From the NCBI GenBank assembly GCA_024704765.1, contig JAKMXF010000304.1, positions 409,773 through 473,772 of the forward strand: a stretch of DNA of 64,000 nucleotides, given 5' to 3'. The position numbers were made by a program, and so were the translations under genes. The stretch is from Oopsacas minuta (Eukaryota > Animalia > Porifera). This document shows positions 13,675 to 27,193 of the stretch, piece after piece (position 1 is the first letter of the stretch; every line of letters begins with the position of its first letter). The notes beneath the pieces are model-generated. The model saw nothing but the letters and a program-made list of their open reading frames with translations. It did not search any database and was not told the origin of the DNA.

Positions 13675-13977
13675 TGTACAAGTACAGGACATACTCGGTA
13701 TTGGGAATAGGGAATCAGATTCAGAACTAAAGAATCTGTATTTGATAATTTAACTTCACATGTTATGTGTTATCAGCATTTGCTTATTGGGTACAATAAT
13801 ATTCAGTACCATGCTTAAATTCTGAAGAATGTACATCTGATGATGCCTGAAATTTGTTGAGAATTTCTTCATTATTATTAAACAAATATGTACTTAAAGA
13901 CTAGTAATAATTTGGAATATTACGCAGTTATCTACGAATGTTGAAAACCAGCTATGAGCTTGAAGTTAATGAAAATA

Positions 13978-14209
13978 CAGGGTGTCTCATAATTATTGCC
14001 CTATTGTGTAAATGACTATAGCATTCAAATATCATTAATTAAATATGCTACTTTGACTAGTGCATAAGGGATGTCTTGTGTCAAGTTAACTAACTAAATA
14101 AGGCTGGTCAATAAATTTATGAAAGATAACTAGACAATTGTACGATATTTTAGAAATATTGATGAAATGAAACTAAATGCTGATAGGGCAATAATTATGG
14201 TACACCCTG
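13978..14209. mobile_element. Tc1/mariner-derived MITE (232 bp)
   Basis: 27-bp TIR cagggtgtctcataattattgccctat / atagggcaataattatggtacaccctg; TA on both sides. Confidence 0.85.
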
Positions 14210-15499
14210 TAGTATGTATGCCAGAAGATTGACATAAGACAAGAAGAAATTTAGATTTAGATTTGTCCATTTCGTTAAGTTCCCAAGATATCACCAGTTA
14301 CCACACTGTCTGTCGTACACAAATTCATTGAAGAGCTCTTCTACTGATGTCTTTATAGCACCTAAGGTAAGTTAATGTGTGATAATATACTGAATATATT
14401 GTTTGCATTCAAGGTATAACAAATAGTATGTGTTTAATTCCATATCGATTTTTGTAAATTTTCTATAAATTCAAGGGAATTTCGTTACAACTTATAGCAG
14501 ATTCTCATTTGTCATTATTATATCAATCTGAGTAATGACCTTTGGTTATATGATGTATTGTTCGGAAGCAATTGTACCAGATAAAAATTCCGAATCTTTT
14601 TTAGGTGATCATATTTGGAGATACATCTGTAAAATATTCATTTGGAATATGTACTTGTGGAATAAGTACTTATTTATTGTTCTGCATTTGTAATTCGCTG
14701 TATTTTCAAATTATTTGATTATTTGATAGATGTATGTAGAATTTGCGAAATTACCAATATGTATGTGAAAATTCGTATACAAAAATATAATGGAAAGTAA
14801 AGCAATTAGGCTGATGTGACTTCATATACGAAAGAAAACAGTCACTGTGTACCGGCTTACAATATACCAACGATAGTCTGTGCAACAGCTACAGTACTGT
14901 AAAGACTAATGAAGATTAGGGAATAATGCATAATTTCAAAAAACATTAATAGTCATAAAAGTACTAGCGACTTCCGGTTTTGCTTAAAGAAATTGAATTA
15001 TCGAATACGATAGAAGTTATTTGTAAAGTTATAGGCGATTCTGTTGGTAGAATATTTACAGGATTGACTTCAAAGTTGGTGTTAGTAATCCACCAAAGTA
15101 TGTGAATGTACTGATTTTTAGAATATCATTCTGGGTCCTAATTTTAGTATTTCACGATAATATTGATATCTTTAGAAACGTTCACTTCTCAACTATCGAT
15201 TAACTTTAATCTAATTTAGATTCAGCATTATAAGGGTTAATAAACAACAGTTTGAACTGACCCTACTTTGTTCACAATCTAATCCTTCCCCCTCACTTCC
15301 AGCTTCAACCTTGAAAGCTGTTAACTCGAAGAGTTTAGGGAATTTAGGAATGTGTAATTTACAAAACGTCCATATCTCATAAATATGGGAAAGGAATTTC
15401 AGACTAGAATTCAAATTTTTTTAGACAGTATTTCCAATAAAGTTGTATGTATACTTATTATGATAAAGACGTGAGTTAAAGAACTATTTGACTAGGATA

Positions 15500-15615
15500 G
15501 TTAAGATGGTGAAGTATCTATAGATTCATCCAGTTGCAAGCTTAGGTCAGTGGCTCTCCTTAATCTCATGAACAACCTGCTCCAAGATGTTGCAACTCAT
15601 ACCTGCAACTCGAAA
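15500..15615 (-). pseudogene. Small Buster/ZBED8-like hAT transposase fragment
   Basis: RVAGMSCNILEQVVHEIKES, then after a frameshift SLQLDESIDTS (first catalytic D region). Confidence 0.5.
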
Positions 15616-18178
15616 ATATTTCACTGGACTGGCTTCTTCGTTCTAAGTAACCGTTTTCTTTTGGCATTCTGGTATAGATAAACCTCTCTTCCATCTCCAA
15701 AAGTCACTAAAGACAGATGTTATGAAAACGCGATTTCTATTATCGTAATCAGTTTAGTATACAATATAATCTTTCATTAACATTCTTTTCGTCTTCTGTT
15801 TGAGTTGCCAAATGCCTATACTGTCTAGAAGTGCTAGACTCGCTGAAAATATTCAGTTTCTTCTTGTGGATTGTTAAAAGGTGGGGAGAGTATGTCTTCC
15901 ATAAATTCTTCAGTGCAGTGGGACCTAGTGGGGATATGACATCAGAAATTTCATCGATTCCTCTGAATTGATGTTAGTATTGAGATGCTTGCTGTATATC
16001 ACTGAAAAGATATCATTATGCCTTACTCTCTAGCTCACGTAATATCGAATGCGGCTTCTCCCTGTGCTCTTTGCTCTTTTCTAGGCCGATTAATCGCTAT
16101 TGCATCAGATCTTAGCAATTTTTGGTTAAAACGAATTTTGAATGATGAAATATTTGTTCATCACATTAATTGAACAAAATGTTCATTATCTACCTCTTTA
16201 AATATTTAACAGACTGCTCGTTGAAGGTATGAAAGGCCTGTTTCAGCAGATATTTACTACCAACGTATTATTTCTTATAGTCAATATTAATTCAAATCTA
16301 AATATGTTCATTTTCTCAACGTATTCGTACTAACAAGGTAACATGACTTTTGAGCAGATTTGTGAAATTTCCCTCTGTTTTTTGCTAATCTGGTATTTGG
16401 AGTGAATTTCTATATATGTTTTTTATATATTCATGATGAGTTTGCAGTTGTTCAAGGTGATGACGTTTGACATTTGGCATATTGAGGGCAACTTTGATTC
16501 AAATGTGAACTTTCGTCGGAGACTCAAACTTGCCCAATCCAGGCCCAAATACCCTTGTATGCCAAAAATTCGTGCTGGGGGTACAAATATATACATATTT
16601 GTGCCCATATACAAAATACATACATACATAAATATATTATACTATTAAAACGCAATTACCCAGTAAATCTATTTTTATGTTTGTATGTCCAGAATTGATT
16701 GAAAAAACTGGAAGAACCCCATTGCTGATCTTTCACATCAGGAGTATTTTGGGACTTGCTCGTGGAAGTTCGAGTCTTGGGCGATAATTCAGACCTATGA
16801 TGAAATTACTACGTCCTTATCACCTTTCTGGATTTTCAAAAATCACATTATTGGCCACTGCTTAATCAATATAAAGGATTGAAGTTTGAAATTTGAATCA
16901 CAGGTACCCCTCAATGTGACAAATATCTTGACCTCATCATTTAGTCCAAAACCTAATTCAACATGAGATTATTACGTCATCATGTCTCTACTACAAATTC
17001 CTTTTTTCCATAGTTCGAGAAGTTTGTAATTTCTTAACGTGGTCCGAAGTGCCGAGATTAATAACCAAAGGCCACGTAAATCTCCTGTATTACCAACTAA
17101 GCCCATTTTATGTAATTTTGAATTCTTTCAATTCGGCACACTAAATAGGATAGTATCGTCTTACTCAGTGTAGGCAATCCACGGTCTACTTAATATACGA
17201 CTGAATATGTCCCGGAGATTCCTTGAAAACATGTAGGCAGATTGAAAATGTCTTATTACAACATATCTCGAGTAATATGTATAGTAGTGCTTAAGTATGT
17301 ATTAGTGATGTATAGGATGTGATATCAAAGTATACATTTTAATTGTCTATAATATGATATCTCATCATGTGGTTTAGTTAAAGCTATTTTTAGAGACAAA
17401 TGCTGTTTTTCAAATTGTGATTAAACATGTTTTCAGTGTTCTTAATGCTTGATAGTTTTCTCTCATGAGAAATTTAAATAGTATATTTCAAAATAATGGT
17501 TAGTATAAATGGCATATGAACACATTCCTGTGTTATTAATGAAACGTGTTTCTATTTGTTGAGGCTATAACTCTAAAACTATGTCCTATGACGCTATACT
17601 TTATACCATTAGTTCGTATTATTCAACTTCTTATTCATCACTAATATATTTCATTTGCTTTTTGTTAATACTTTTTGAGATATTTTGATATTTATCATAT
17701 TTGTATATGATTGCCATCTATATAGTGAATTTCAAAATATATTAACATTAATTGAGATGATTCAGTTCCTCTAGATTGTCCCAATTAAGCAGTTTTCCTG
17801 ATTAACCAGTGTCCCGATTGAGCGGAACTGACTGTATATAATCAGTGGATAGGAAGTTGACTATAAGCTATTCAGTAATAATATTTATAGTTCATTGAAT
17901 TGGTCGGAAATGGAGGGCAGTAATTGAAATACTCGCGAGTTGTAGACAAGGGTGGATTCGGTTAACCGCCGCTCTATCCAGTTAACTCTCTAATAAAAAT
18001 ACATACGGTTAATCGAATAGCATCCTTCCCAACCATATATTCATAATTCCTCAGGTTTTAAGAGGTAAGAAAATATATATAAACGAAATCTGCTAGTTAA
18101 GTATTTTGAGATGTTACATTTTTGATTGGTATTACTAAATTCAATACGTTTTTAGATAACATGCATAATGATTGCATG

Positions 18179-19512
18179 CAATCTGTTACATAATTATTCG
18201 GAATTTTAATATACTTTGGAAATATACCATAACTTGATAGAATCATTGTGTCTTTGAAAGTGAATGCATATTTTGAATTGTGTAATAATCATACGTAATT
18301 CGATTATTTTATTTAGTTCAATTAATCAACTTCTCGAACATTTCTCTCTTCTGTAATATTTGTTGTGACGTCATTTCGTATTATTCGTAAGTTTACTATT
18401 TATCTTCTCTTGTCTTAAGTATTAGCTATTTCAGATGGCTCAATTGCATAAGAGAAATACTATCAAGTTATTACTAGAAGCTAACAGCCATACCTCAAAA
18501 GAAATTGCTCAAATGCTCATGTAAGCTTGTTAACTGTATATTATGTAAAGGCCAAACTAGCAAAAGGAATTGATATCTCCCATCAAAAAGGAGCTGGAAG
18601 GCCATGCTCATTGAGAAATAGGATTAAACAGTCGATTAGCTAAAAAATAAGACAAAAACCATACTTATCACTAAGAACATTGGCAAGTAGAGCTCCTATA
18701 TCTGTATCCTACCAGACTGTACGCCGAGCCTTAGTCGATTCCAAATATTCTAAGAGATATCCCACAAAAGTACCTATGCTGAGTGAAACAAATCAATTGT
18801 ATCCTGTCCAATGGGCTAATAAGTTTAAATACTCCAAAAAACAATGGGCCAAGACTGTTTTTGCTGATGAAATGTCGATTTGGCTGTCCAGGGGTCGAAT
18901 GAAGATGTGGACAAAATCTAATCAGAAATGATTTGTCGCCACCACTAAACATACTCCAAAAATGAATGTTTGGGTGGCATTCTTTTCGATTGGGACTTTC
19001 CCTTTGTACATATTTACAACTAATATGGACAGTTCATTCTTCCTAGACTTACTTCAAGGTTATCTCCTAACTCAGGCTGAAGTTTCCATGGAAATGATTG
19101 GCAACTCGTAATGAATAACGATCCTAAGCATACAGCGACAAAGGTTAAGAATTGGTTGAGTACTAATTTACCAAAAGTACTTCCGTGGCCATCACAAAGC
19201 CCCGATCTTAATCCTATTGAAAATCTGTTCGCGTGGGTTAAGCAAGAATTAACTAAACAAGGCCCAAAGACAATTTCAGAGCTGAAGAAAATGCTGGAAA
19301 TTACCTGGGGCAGGCTAGATTCTAATTTTCTAGAGCCATATTGCTCTTCAATGCCACGTAGGTGTCAAATTGTCATTGACTCAAGAGGCCTACCAATTAA
19401 ATATTGATTATACACCTCTTGAGAATATTTTAGTCAATTTTGTATTGTGTAAGAGTAAATCCGATCGTATGATGAACTAATCCATGATTCCAAATAATTA
19501 TGTAACAGACTG
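18179..19512 (+). mobile_element. Tc1-like DD34E element, degenerate transposase ~18435-19407
   Basis: TIR ca(a/g)tctgttacataattatt(c/t)ggaat; right TA. Motifs VFADEMSIW, VMNNDPKH (second D mutated to N), WPSQSPDLNPIENL with 34-residue spacing. Confidence 0.88.
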
Positions 19513-19949
19513 TATATAGTAGCTATGTAATGTTATTATCAATTCTAGTTACGTAACTTCATTGATTGTATTGAACAGTACTTACAGGGGTTAACCTGGT
19601 CAACCGCTATTATTGAAAAGATTTTAACTGCGCCCGAATTCGGTAACCATCCCCCCCAGTCCTGTTGCAGATTCATAGTTTGTGAACTGATGGGTAGGAT
19701 GCTTGAATAGAGAATCAATTTTATAATATTGAAGTCTGGATAGGGGTAATAACATTATGTAGTGAATTTTCTCCTTATATGTTGACTCTTGGTGGGGGAT
19801 AGTTGAATAACAGTTTGAGCGATCTAATCTTCGTTGAATTAGGTTGAAGACCACTCATAGCAATATGTTTGCCTTTGGACATTTGAACCAAATAGCTTCG
19901 CTCTTGTTTTTTTATAATAAAATTAATTGAAGGATTCTACACGATTCTG

Positions 19950-20760
19950 AAGGACAGCATAACAAATTAAGAAATAGGATTTTATTCCAGCCCTTCAATT
20001 ACCATACAACTGAATAGAAGATCATCTACCAATTCCTTCATGGCAAAGGAAGATATCTTTTCATTAAAACTTGATTGTTTCAAACCAATTGTATAGTATT
20101 CTTTCAACATTTTTCTTGTTTCAGAGTTAGGAATCAAATTGCATCAGAACATGAAACATGCTGTATTTTTCTTGTTCATCTACTGTATATGCGCACATGT
20201 TTTGAGTTTCCAAATTGACACCGTCAGAATAACAATATCTGGATTACTTTTGCACGTAGGACATTTAAATTTAACGCTATAATTAATGTCGATCATGCTT
20301 TAATATGCATTTCATCCATGTTGAATTATATAGTATGAATAGTTAGTTTCTCCTCGTAACATATCTAATTCGCTCTATAATCACTAGAATATCTTATGAA
20401 GTTAATACGTAAGAACATGCACATCATACTAACTTACCTTATCTAGCTATGTATTGTATTTTTAGATGAAATCGTGAATTCAGATTATTCATATAGTATA
20501 TAGTAGTGTAGAATGTAGCGATTATTCAAAGTTTAGCAGGAGAGTTGTTTTCTAGTCAAAACTATTACATCAGCATGGGCCTGAGAATACTGAGCTATAA
20601 ACTACATACTCAATATAGGGAGGTATTCATTAAGTAAATGCCCAATACAGAAGGTGCTTACCTTTGTGGTCAGGTAATCTAATCATATCTCTTGCTGTTT
20701 ATAGAATAATTCCATTTTTTCGAATAAATTTTCTTTTAAATATTCAATTGATAACCAATT
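19950..20760 (-). pseudogene. Heavily decayed, spliced CxC4-like / KDZ transposon-associated gene fragment
   Basis: Reconstructed PCxC..FD..LLN/LNNRYILHYYILY...YSYYIIQHG*NAY*SMIDINYSVKFKCPTCKSNPDIVI(L)DGVNL...IPNSETRKMLKEY. An 81-bp GT-AG intron (20581-20661) keeps phase; second donor aag|gtaagt at 20437. Confidence 0.5.
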
Positions 20761-21190
20761 TCCCAAGATTTTTGTCAGGAAATATATCTGTTGATAAACT
20801 AATGCCATTTTAAACTAAGGTTAGATACGACAGAGTAATCTAATTCTTTTGCCTCTCTTTAGTTCCTTTTACATCTCATCCAATAATAATTGATTGTAAG
20901 CGATTACATTTAGTGTAGATTTTCAATTTTGAAACGGTGAATAGTATTATTCTCTATTAGAAATATAGTATTATTCTCTATTAGAAATATAGTTGAATTA
21001 TCTAGGATAAAATAATGGTTAACATCGATATATTTTCGTTCACAGATCACAAAACTTTCAATAAAAAAACATTTCTCTAATGCCCTATAATGAAAGCAAC
21101 TTTGATCTCAATAAAGCAAACAGTTTTTTGTATCTTTATCACTAATAACTTACCTCATGGCCAGTACAACCTGCCCTAAGAAGATCTGTT

Positions 21191-21420
21191 AAGTCCACTG
21201 TACATGGTGCAAATATGTTGCACACAACTGTTGTATACAAGTATGTTATATGCAACAAGGTAACACACACGATGCAACAGCGTTGCATTAAAACATTTAA
21301 TTTTAATGCAACATTGTTGCAGGAAAATTGATCATGTTCCTATTTCCATGTAACAAAATTGAGCTAAAAACCTAAGAAGACATTGCATGCAACAATATTG
21401 CATCGTGTGTGTTGGGCTTA
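21191..21420. mobile_element. Palindrome-rich MITE, probably PIF/Harbinger-derived
   Basis: Imperfect TIR taagtccactgtacatggtgcaa / ttgcatcgtgtgtgttgggctta; internal tgcaac/gttgca repeats. Target duplication unresolved. Confidence 0.5.
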
Positions 21421-23720
21421 GCATATATTTTGCAATCTCAATATATATTTAGTTTATGGGCTATTTCTATGTCTGAAAACACTATTTATTTGGTTTCGAC
21501 TAACTTGCAGACAAACAGTTTTACAATCAGAAGGAAAATGCACTATACTAATTAATGGGTGACATATGTAGTGTAGATATTCCTTCATCACCAGTTTCCA
21601 AATTATAGTTACAATCTGCGACAGCCTCTATAGATAAATAATTAAGCAACTTAGATATTGAATTTCAACGAATTCCACCCTAATCTAAGTTAAGTTTATT
21701 TTCATATCTTATCCAGTCTGAAATCTGAATAAAATAACAATAACGACCCACTGGGGTACAAATAATCCCGCGCTTTACTTGATAAGTTGGATCTCTATTA
21801 GATGTGTTGTATCTATACCAGTTGTAAAATATCGCTAGCGTACCCCATGCTCTAACATCACAAAAGAGTTTGCAACTAATCTGAGCCCACATTTCTTATA
21901 TATTCAAATATTGATTACCCATTTTTGGGTGGACTTCAACATCTCCGGTTTTTATTCGTAAGAATGCTCAGCTCAGAAATTTGTGCCTCATTTACATCAT
22001 CGGATCTATGTCTCTTTCTCTTAGAAATTTCAAGATAAGTATACTCTTCATTCTCAGCCAGTGTTTAACACAAATTCGCCCGATCTTTCTTTAACAAGTG
22101 TAGTTAGCGATAATTTTGTATAAATTGACTAGAATATCAAGCTATTGAATAATAAATAGTTTTAATATGCGGATAAAGCTATAAAGCTGTAATGTATGAA
22201 ACCGCAACATTAGCCTATTTTATGAGTATGCACACTGTACTTTTTAATATCTCAAACATAGCATGCCTTCTTTTTCATTTCCTTAAACAGAATTGATGAA
22301 TACTTGAGGAAATAAATTGAATATGCTGGATACGATTAAACACATTTCAGAATTACGCTTATAATATGGAAATCCATTGTGACTTGGTTTAAACATTGAA
22401 TTTAGATTCAAATATATGCATATAGTTGTCTTCAAAGAATTTATATTAAACAAGTGTGCAGATTCCGTATTTAGCATTTTCAAGTTTCTGATTGATATTT
22501 TACTCGTCTTTAGGCACGAAATGCCTAGGATCTTTTCTTTTGTTTACAGTTTTGCTCAAAAGGGCACCAAGAGATCAAGAGGCTTCCGCAATTTGTAGTA
22601 ACTAGTGAAGTGCTCTACTATCGTTGCAAAGTTAAATTTTACCATTGTGTTGTTATGAGATGTAAACCAGGTACTGTTGATCTCGGAATACAATTAGACT
22701 AATAATCTAACTTCCAAAGCAATCGTAAAAGGCAAAACAAGATCATACATAGCTGTGTACAATGGTTTAAATCTTTTCTTTATTTATACTCGCTCCTAGT
22801 TTACTATTACACTTGATGCACATGAGACATTAATCCTTACTCAAATATCACAACTGTTCTGTATGTGTTTGCCCATAATATTTTGGACTTCACACAAGAG
22901 TAAGATAGAGGGTTGAAAGTATGTGTTTCCATGGAGACAAAGGTTTATTATTTTCTAAGTAATCAAACACACAACCACACTTTACGACACTTGAATATAT
23001 TGGGTGATTTGCCATGTATTTTCACACTGCGAAACTAATACGTAACAATATAAAAGAATCTCTTCAAAGGCCGCTTCTTGGACTTTATGAGAGAGTCATC
23101 ACAGGGCAACAAGGCCGAAGGGCGCGGAAATACCGAAATTTTTATTTTGTCATGGTGTACAGGTGCTCCGTGTACCCACTAGTTTTGCTGCATGTGAATT
23201 GAATGAGATTGTCAATTGGAATGCCATTATATGTTTGAAAATTTGAAAGAATAAGGATGTGGCGATAATAACTGATGAATTATAAATAAATTTCGATGGA
23301 CTACATCAATTAAATATCCATAATCATCGACAAAAAATCGATAAATAACAATGAAAATATCTATAAATTTGATGAATATCGAAGGACAAATCGATGAATT
23401 TCTCGATTGTCGGTATCAATTGGATTATTAATGAAACTTATCGATTGTTCAATATTAGAACGATTGGATTGAATTGGCATTCCTGGTTGCTAGGACCTCG
23501 TCGATCACATTCTCCGAATAAGTCCCTGAATCCCCTACCACGTATATGCTTTAATGTACTGTAGGACCTATCTAGCGACCGCCTAAATCCATCAAATAAA
23601 TTCCTACCGTCCAATTTTCGTTAAAACCAACCTTGTATTCGTCCACTACATAACGGCTGTTTCCAGACAGTCTTTCAGCTTACCGTTATACTTATATACT
23701 TTTTTGACTTAAAATAGGAT

Positions 23721-23832
<112 letters not shown>

Positions 23833-24938
23833 TAGCAATAGCTTATTCATTGAGGTATAATTGAAATATTTTGTCGAATTTGACAAGGAACGGCAAATAT
23901 GCGAAGGTCTTGATTTAATGTAAATTCTCTTCCCTACACATCATTGAGATAGCTAATATTTATTATAAACTCTTTTCCTAGGGTCTTGTAGGCCCTTGTC
24001 GGATCGTGATCCAAGAAGCAAGGGGCATGGTTCATCCTTGTTTGCTGGTCGAGACGCCCCTTCTATTTTCTTCAATATTTAGAAAATTATGCGAATGCAC
24101 TTATACTACTTTATTGTAATTTCCATCTCCTGCAAAGCTGTTATTTATCTTTTCATTTTCTTACACGAATGAATTTACTAATTTAGTTTGAATTTCCTTC
24201 GGTGATTCATTTCAATTCCTCGTTCATATTAAGTAACTCTGATTCTAGACATACCGGAAATACGCATATAAATTCTTACAACTCATTGCAGTTACATAAA
24301 TATTTGTCATTTTACTAAGTTTGAACTAGTGCTTAGCTTCTTATTGATTACAGCTGCAGAAATTAGATCAGTTATGGCTTTCCTGAAACAGTCACATAGA
24401 TATTAGATGTCAACTTTGTCAGTAAGATTATTAAAATCATTTGATGGGATTATCTTACAATAGAAGGAATTCTGGGACTTATTGGTAACAACCATCCATA
24501 GAAGTATACACTTTTCACATGCGGAAAAACTTAATTATTTTTGAACTAAGCTTGCAGGTAGCGCTGGAAACGTAAGGGTTGATACTCTCAAATGAAAGTT
24601 ATGAAGTATATATAAAGTGCTTCCAGAACAATTTGGTAGTATCCTTTTAGTAATCATAAACATTATTTGAAACGGGAGTTTCGCATACTTGAGAACCGTC
24701 CCGTTTTGGCGGGACGTCCAAATTTTCGGACATATGTTGAGGGCCAATTAGGCTAATGTCACGCCAAAACTTTAATTGTCTCGATTTTTTGTTGTCCAGT
24801 CTCATGCAAATACGTACGTCCCGCGATGTCCAGCTAAATTATTTTCTTCCGTTCCGAGTTTTTCTTCGGTCAGGTTGCAAGTATGGCTTCCTAATGCACG
24901 ACTTGCAGCTTTCGTTTTTATCATAGCAGCAACGTTGG

Positions 24939-25410
24939 CGAGTAATGGCTAGATTTTCGAATATATGGTTCAAATGGTTTAACTTTTGATCATATCCCTC
25001 TTATTTGTATTACCAACATATCTAAATATTGTAATCGCGTATACACCTGACTTCTCTAGAATTTACTGTGTTGTTATCTCATTACGTAATGAGCTATTTT
25101 GGATAATTTTTGAGTATTTTTCGAGGCTATTTTTAACCCTGTGATATTATCTTTTCGATACTTAGTCAGTATCATGATAACAAGTATGGGATTTCTGAAA
25201 AGTGGAAATTTTGTTGGAATGTTAACACATTCTTCTGTTGCTATGCAAATGTTTACCGATTCTAGTCACATCTGGAAATATATTGATGATAGACCTTTAC
25301 CTTAGCCATTACAATGTTTCCGTAATATGCGTCCTATTTGTGAATAATACTGTTTTTGTGCCTAATTCGAAAATTTAATTGTTGATTAGTCATTTACTAT
25401 ATATAGTCAA
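24939..25410. repeat. Dispersed repeat family B (related copies ~30866-31190 and ~50500-50640)
   Basis: Shared blocks ttcgaatatatggttcaaa, ttgctatgcaaatgt, attctag.ca and tatatagtcaatc.ctat in the same order. Confidence 0.65.
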
Positions 25411-25861
25411 TCGCTATGTATGATGCGATACTTATTTACTGTCATTGTTAGAAGTCACAAATTGGTTTTTCCTGAATATGAAGTAGCATATTGGAAGTGC
25501 CAAAAGTAAAGGTCTATAGTCCATTTTCTTCCAGATGTGGCTAGAATCTGTTAATGTACACATGCATAACAACATAGTACTATGTCTGCATTTCATCAAA
25601 ATTTCCACTTTTTTCGAAACAACTACATGATATCATGATACTATATATATATATATATATATCGAAGATATAATTTACTTTTACATTGATAAAAACACAC
25701 CCCTCAAAACTACTCCAACATCACCCAAAGTGGCTTATCACATTTATCATATTTTCGAAAATATTGCCATCTACTCGTCATTCATTGAGAATAATAGTCC
25801 TGTAATAAATTTTCCCTTGTGAATCTATTTGACTATCATCAGCATCTGTACAAACAGAAAG

Positions 25862-26100
25862 CTTAAAAGCTTTCCATGATAAAGCAGAATTGCATTTGAA
25901 GAATGTAGAAGCCCTAGGTGGAGATATTTATCGCAGAATAATTTATCGATAACCACCGCCAAATTACCTGATACTGAATTGATGCATTTGTAAATTCAAA
26001 GAATTCCTAATGAATCATACACAGTAAATATTTAAGAAATTTGGAGAAACTTATATTAGGGCCTCAGAAGCATCGAAGCGTCAATTTTCTCAGTTTTCTA
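25862..26100 (+). pseudogene. Possible Bel/Pao retrotransposon gag relic
   Basis: LKAFHDKAELHLKNVEALG...ITTAKLPD...FKKFGETYIRASEAS across frameshifts; resembles the Pao gag (DUF1759) region. Confidence 0.4.
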
Positions 26101-27193
26101 ATTGTTCCTACGAACGATTCTAGAAGAGAGAAGTCAGAACCATGTACACCTTACAAAAGTATTTTGCTCAAGACTCACCTTCTGAACGAAAATAACGTCA
26201 TGTGATACTCCCGAATTTAGTGGTATACTTCATTGAAAAAGGAAAGAATAACTTCGCGATTGTTTCTTCATATTTCTAAGAGCAAGCCACTCTTATAAAG
26301 AATGGAGATGTAAGTAACAATGTTATCATTGTTGAGCTCTTAAACCATTATCAGAGCCTTTATCTTAGAAAGTTTGCTTTAACAAAGTGGTTAGAGTGCC
26401 TGCGACGGCATCCAACATTTTCTTGTTAAAGTGCAACAACAGTACTACAAAATTATTTCTTAGAGTGCCAGCAATGCATTTAATTGTTAACAATTCTTTC
26501 ATCAACGTTTACTTGCACTATGTAATTTTTATTCGGCTTCCTCCAAAGTAATCTAATTGGTACTAATTCTTCAACCAATATACCAACTATGTATAACAAA
26601 AGTTGCCATTATTATAATTGAGCACTCTCTATACTTTCAACTCATCTAACTAGGTATACTCGTGAACTACATTATATAAGGACTGATAACTACGATTATT
26701 TTCTGGACCAGAGATAAATAACAAGTCCATCGAAATTGATTCGAAGTGAACAACTTTGGATATTAGCAAATATGCTGAAGCTATCATCAAGTTTCACCAT
26801 TATGATTTGCTGAATGATAAATCACATTTCACATTTAGAAAATGTTTTCAGGTCGAAAATAAGTCATGTGATCGCCAAATAGGCTAATATGGTGGAAGCG
26901 AAAATCACTGATTGTTATTTATTGTTCTAGTTATGATTTACTATCGTGAAATACAACATTAATGTATTGTGATATATGATGGATCTGCATAAACCCACAC
27001 CTGTATAATCCGGAAGATCTCTGTAATCCGACAGTGTTTCTGTGCTTTAATAGCTTCCAAGAATACAAAATGATATGGACAATCCGACAACTTTGAAAAT
27101 CGACACAAATTTCATGTCCAACAAGGGTTGATTGGCGATTCCACTGTGCAACGAGCGATAGTTTTTAAGTAATATTTCAACGTGTACATACTA

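Noticed and set aside
24180-24530. Possible PHD-like LINE ORF1 relic on the minus strand
   Set aside because: Cysteine spacing is only partial and no RT or endonuclease lies nearby.
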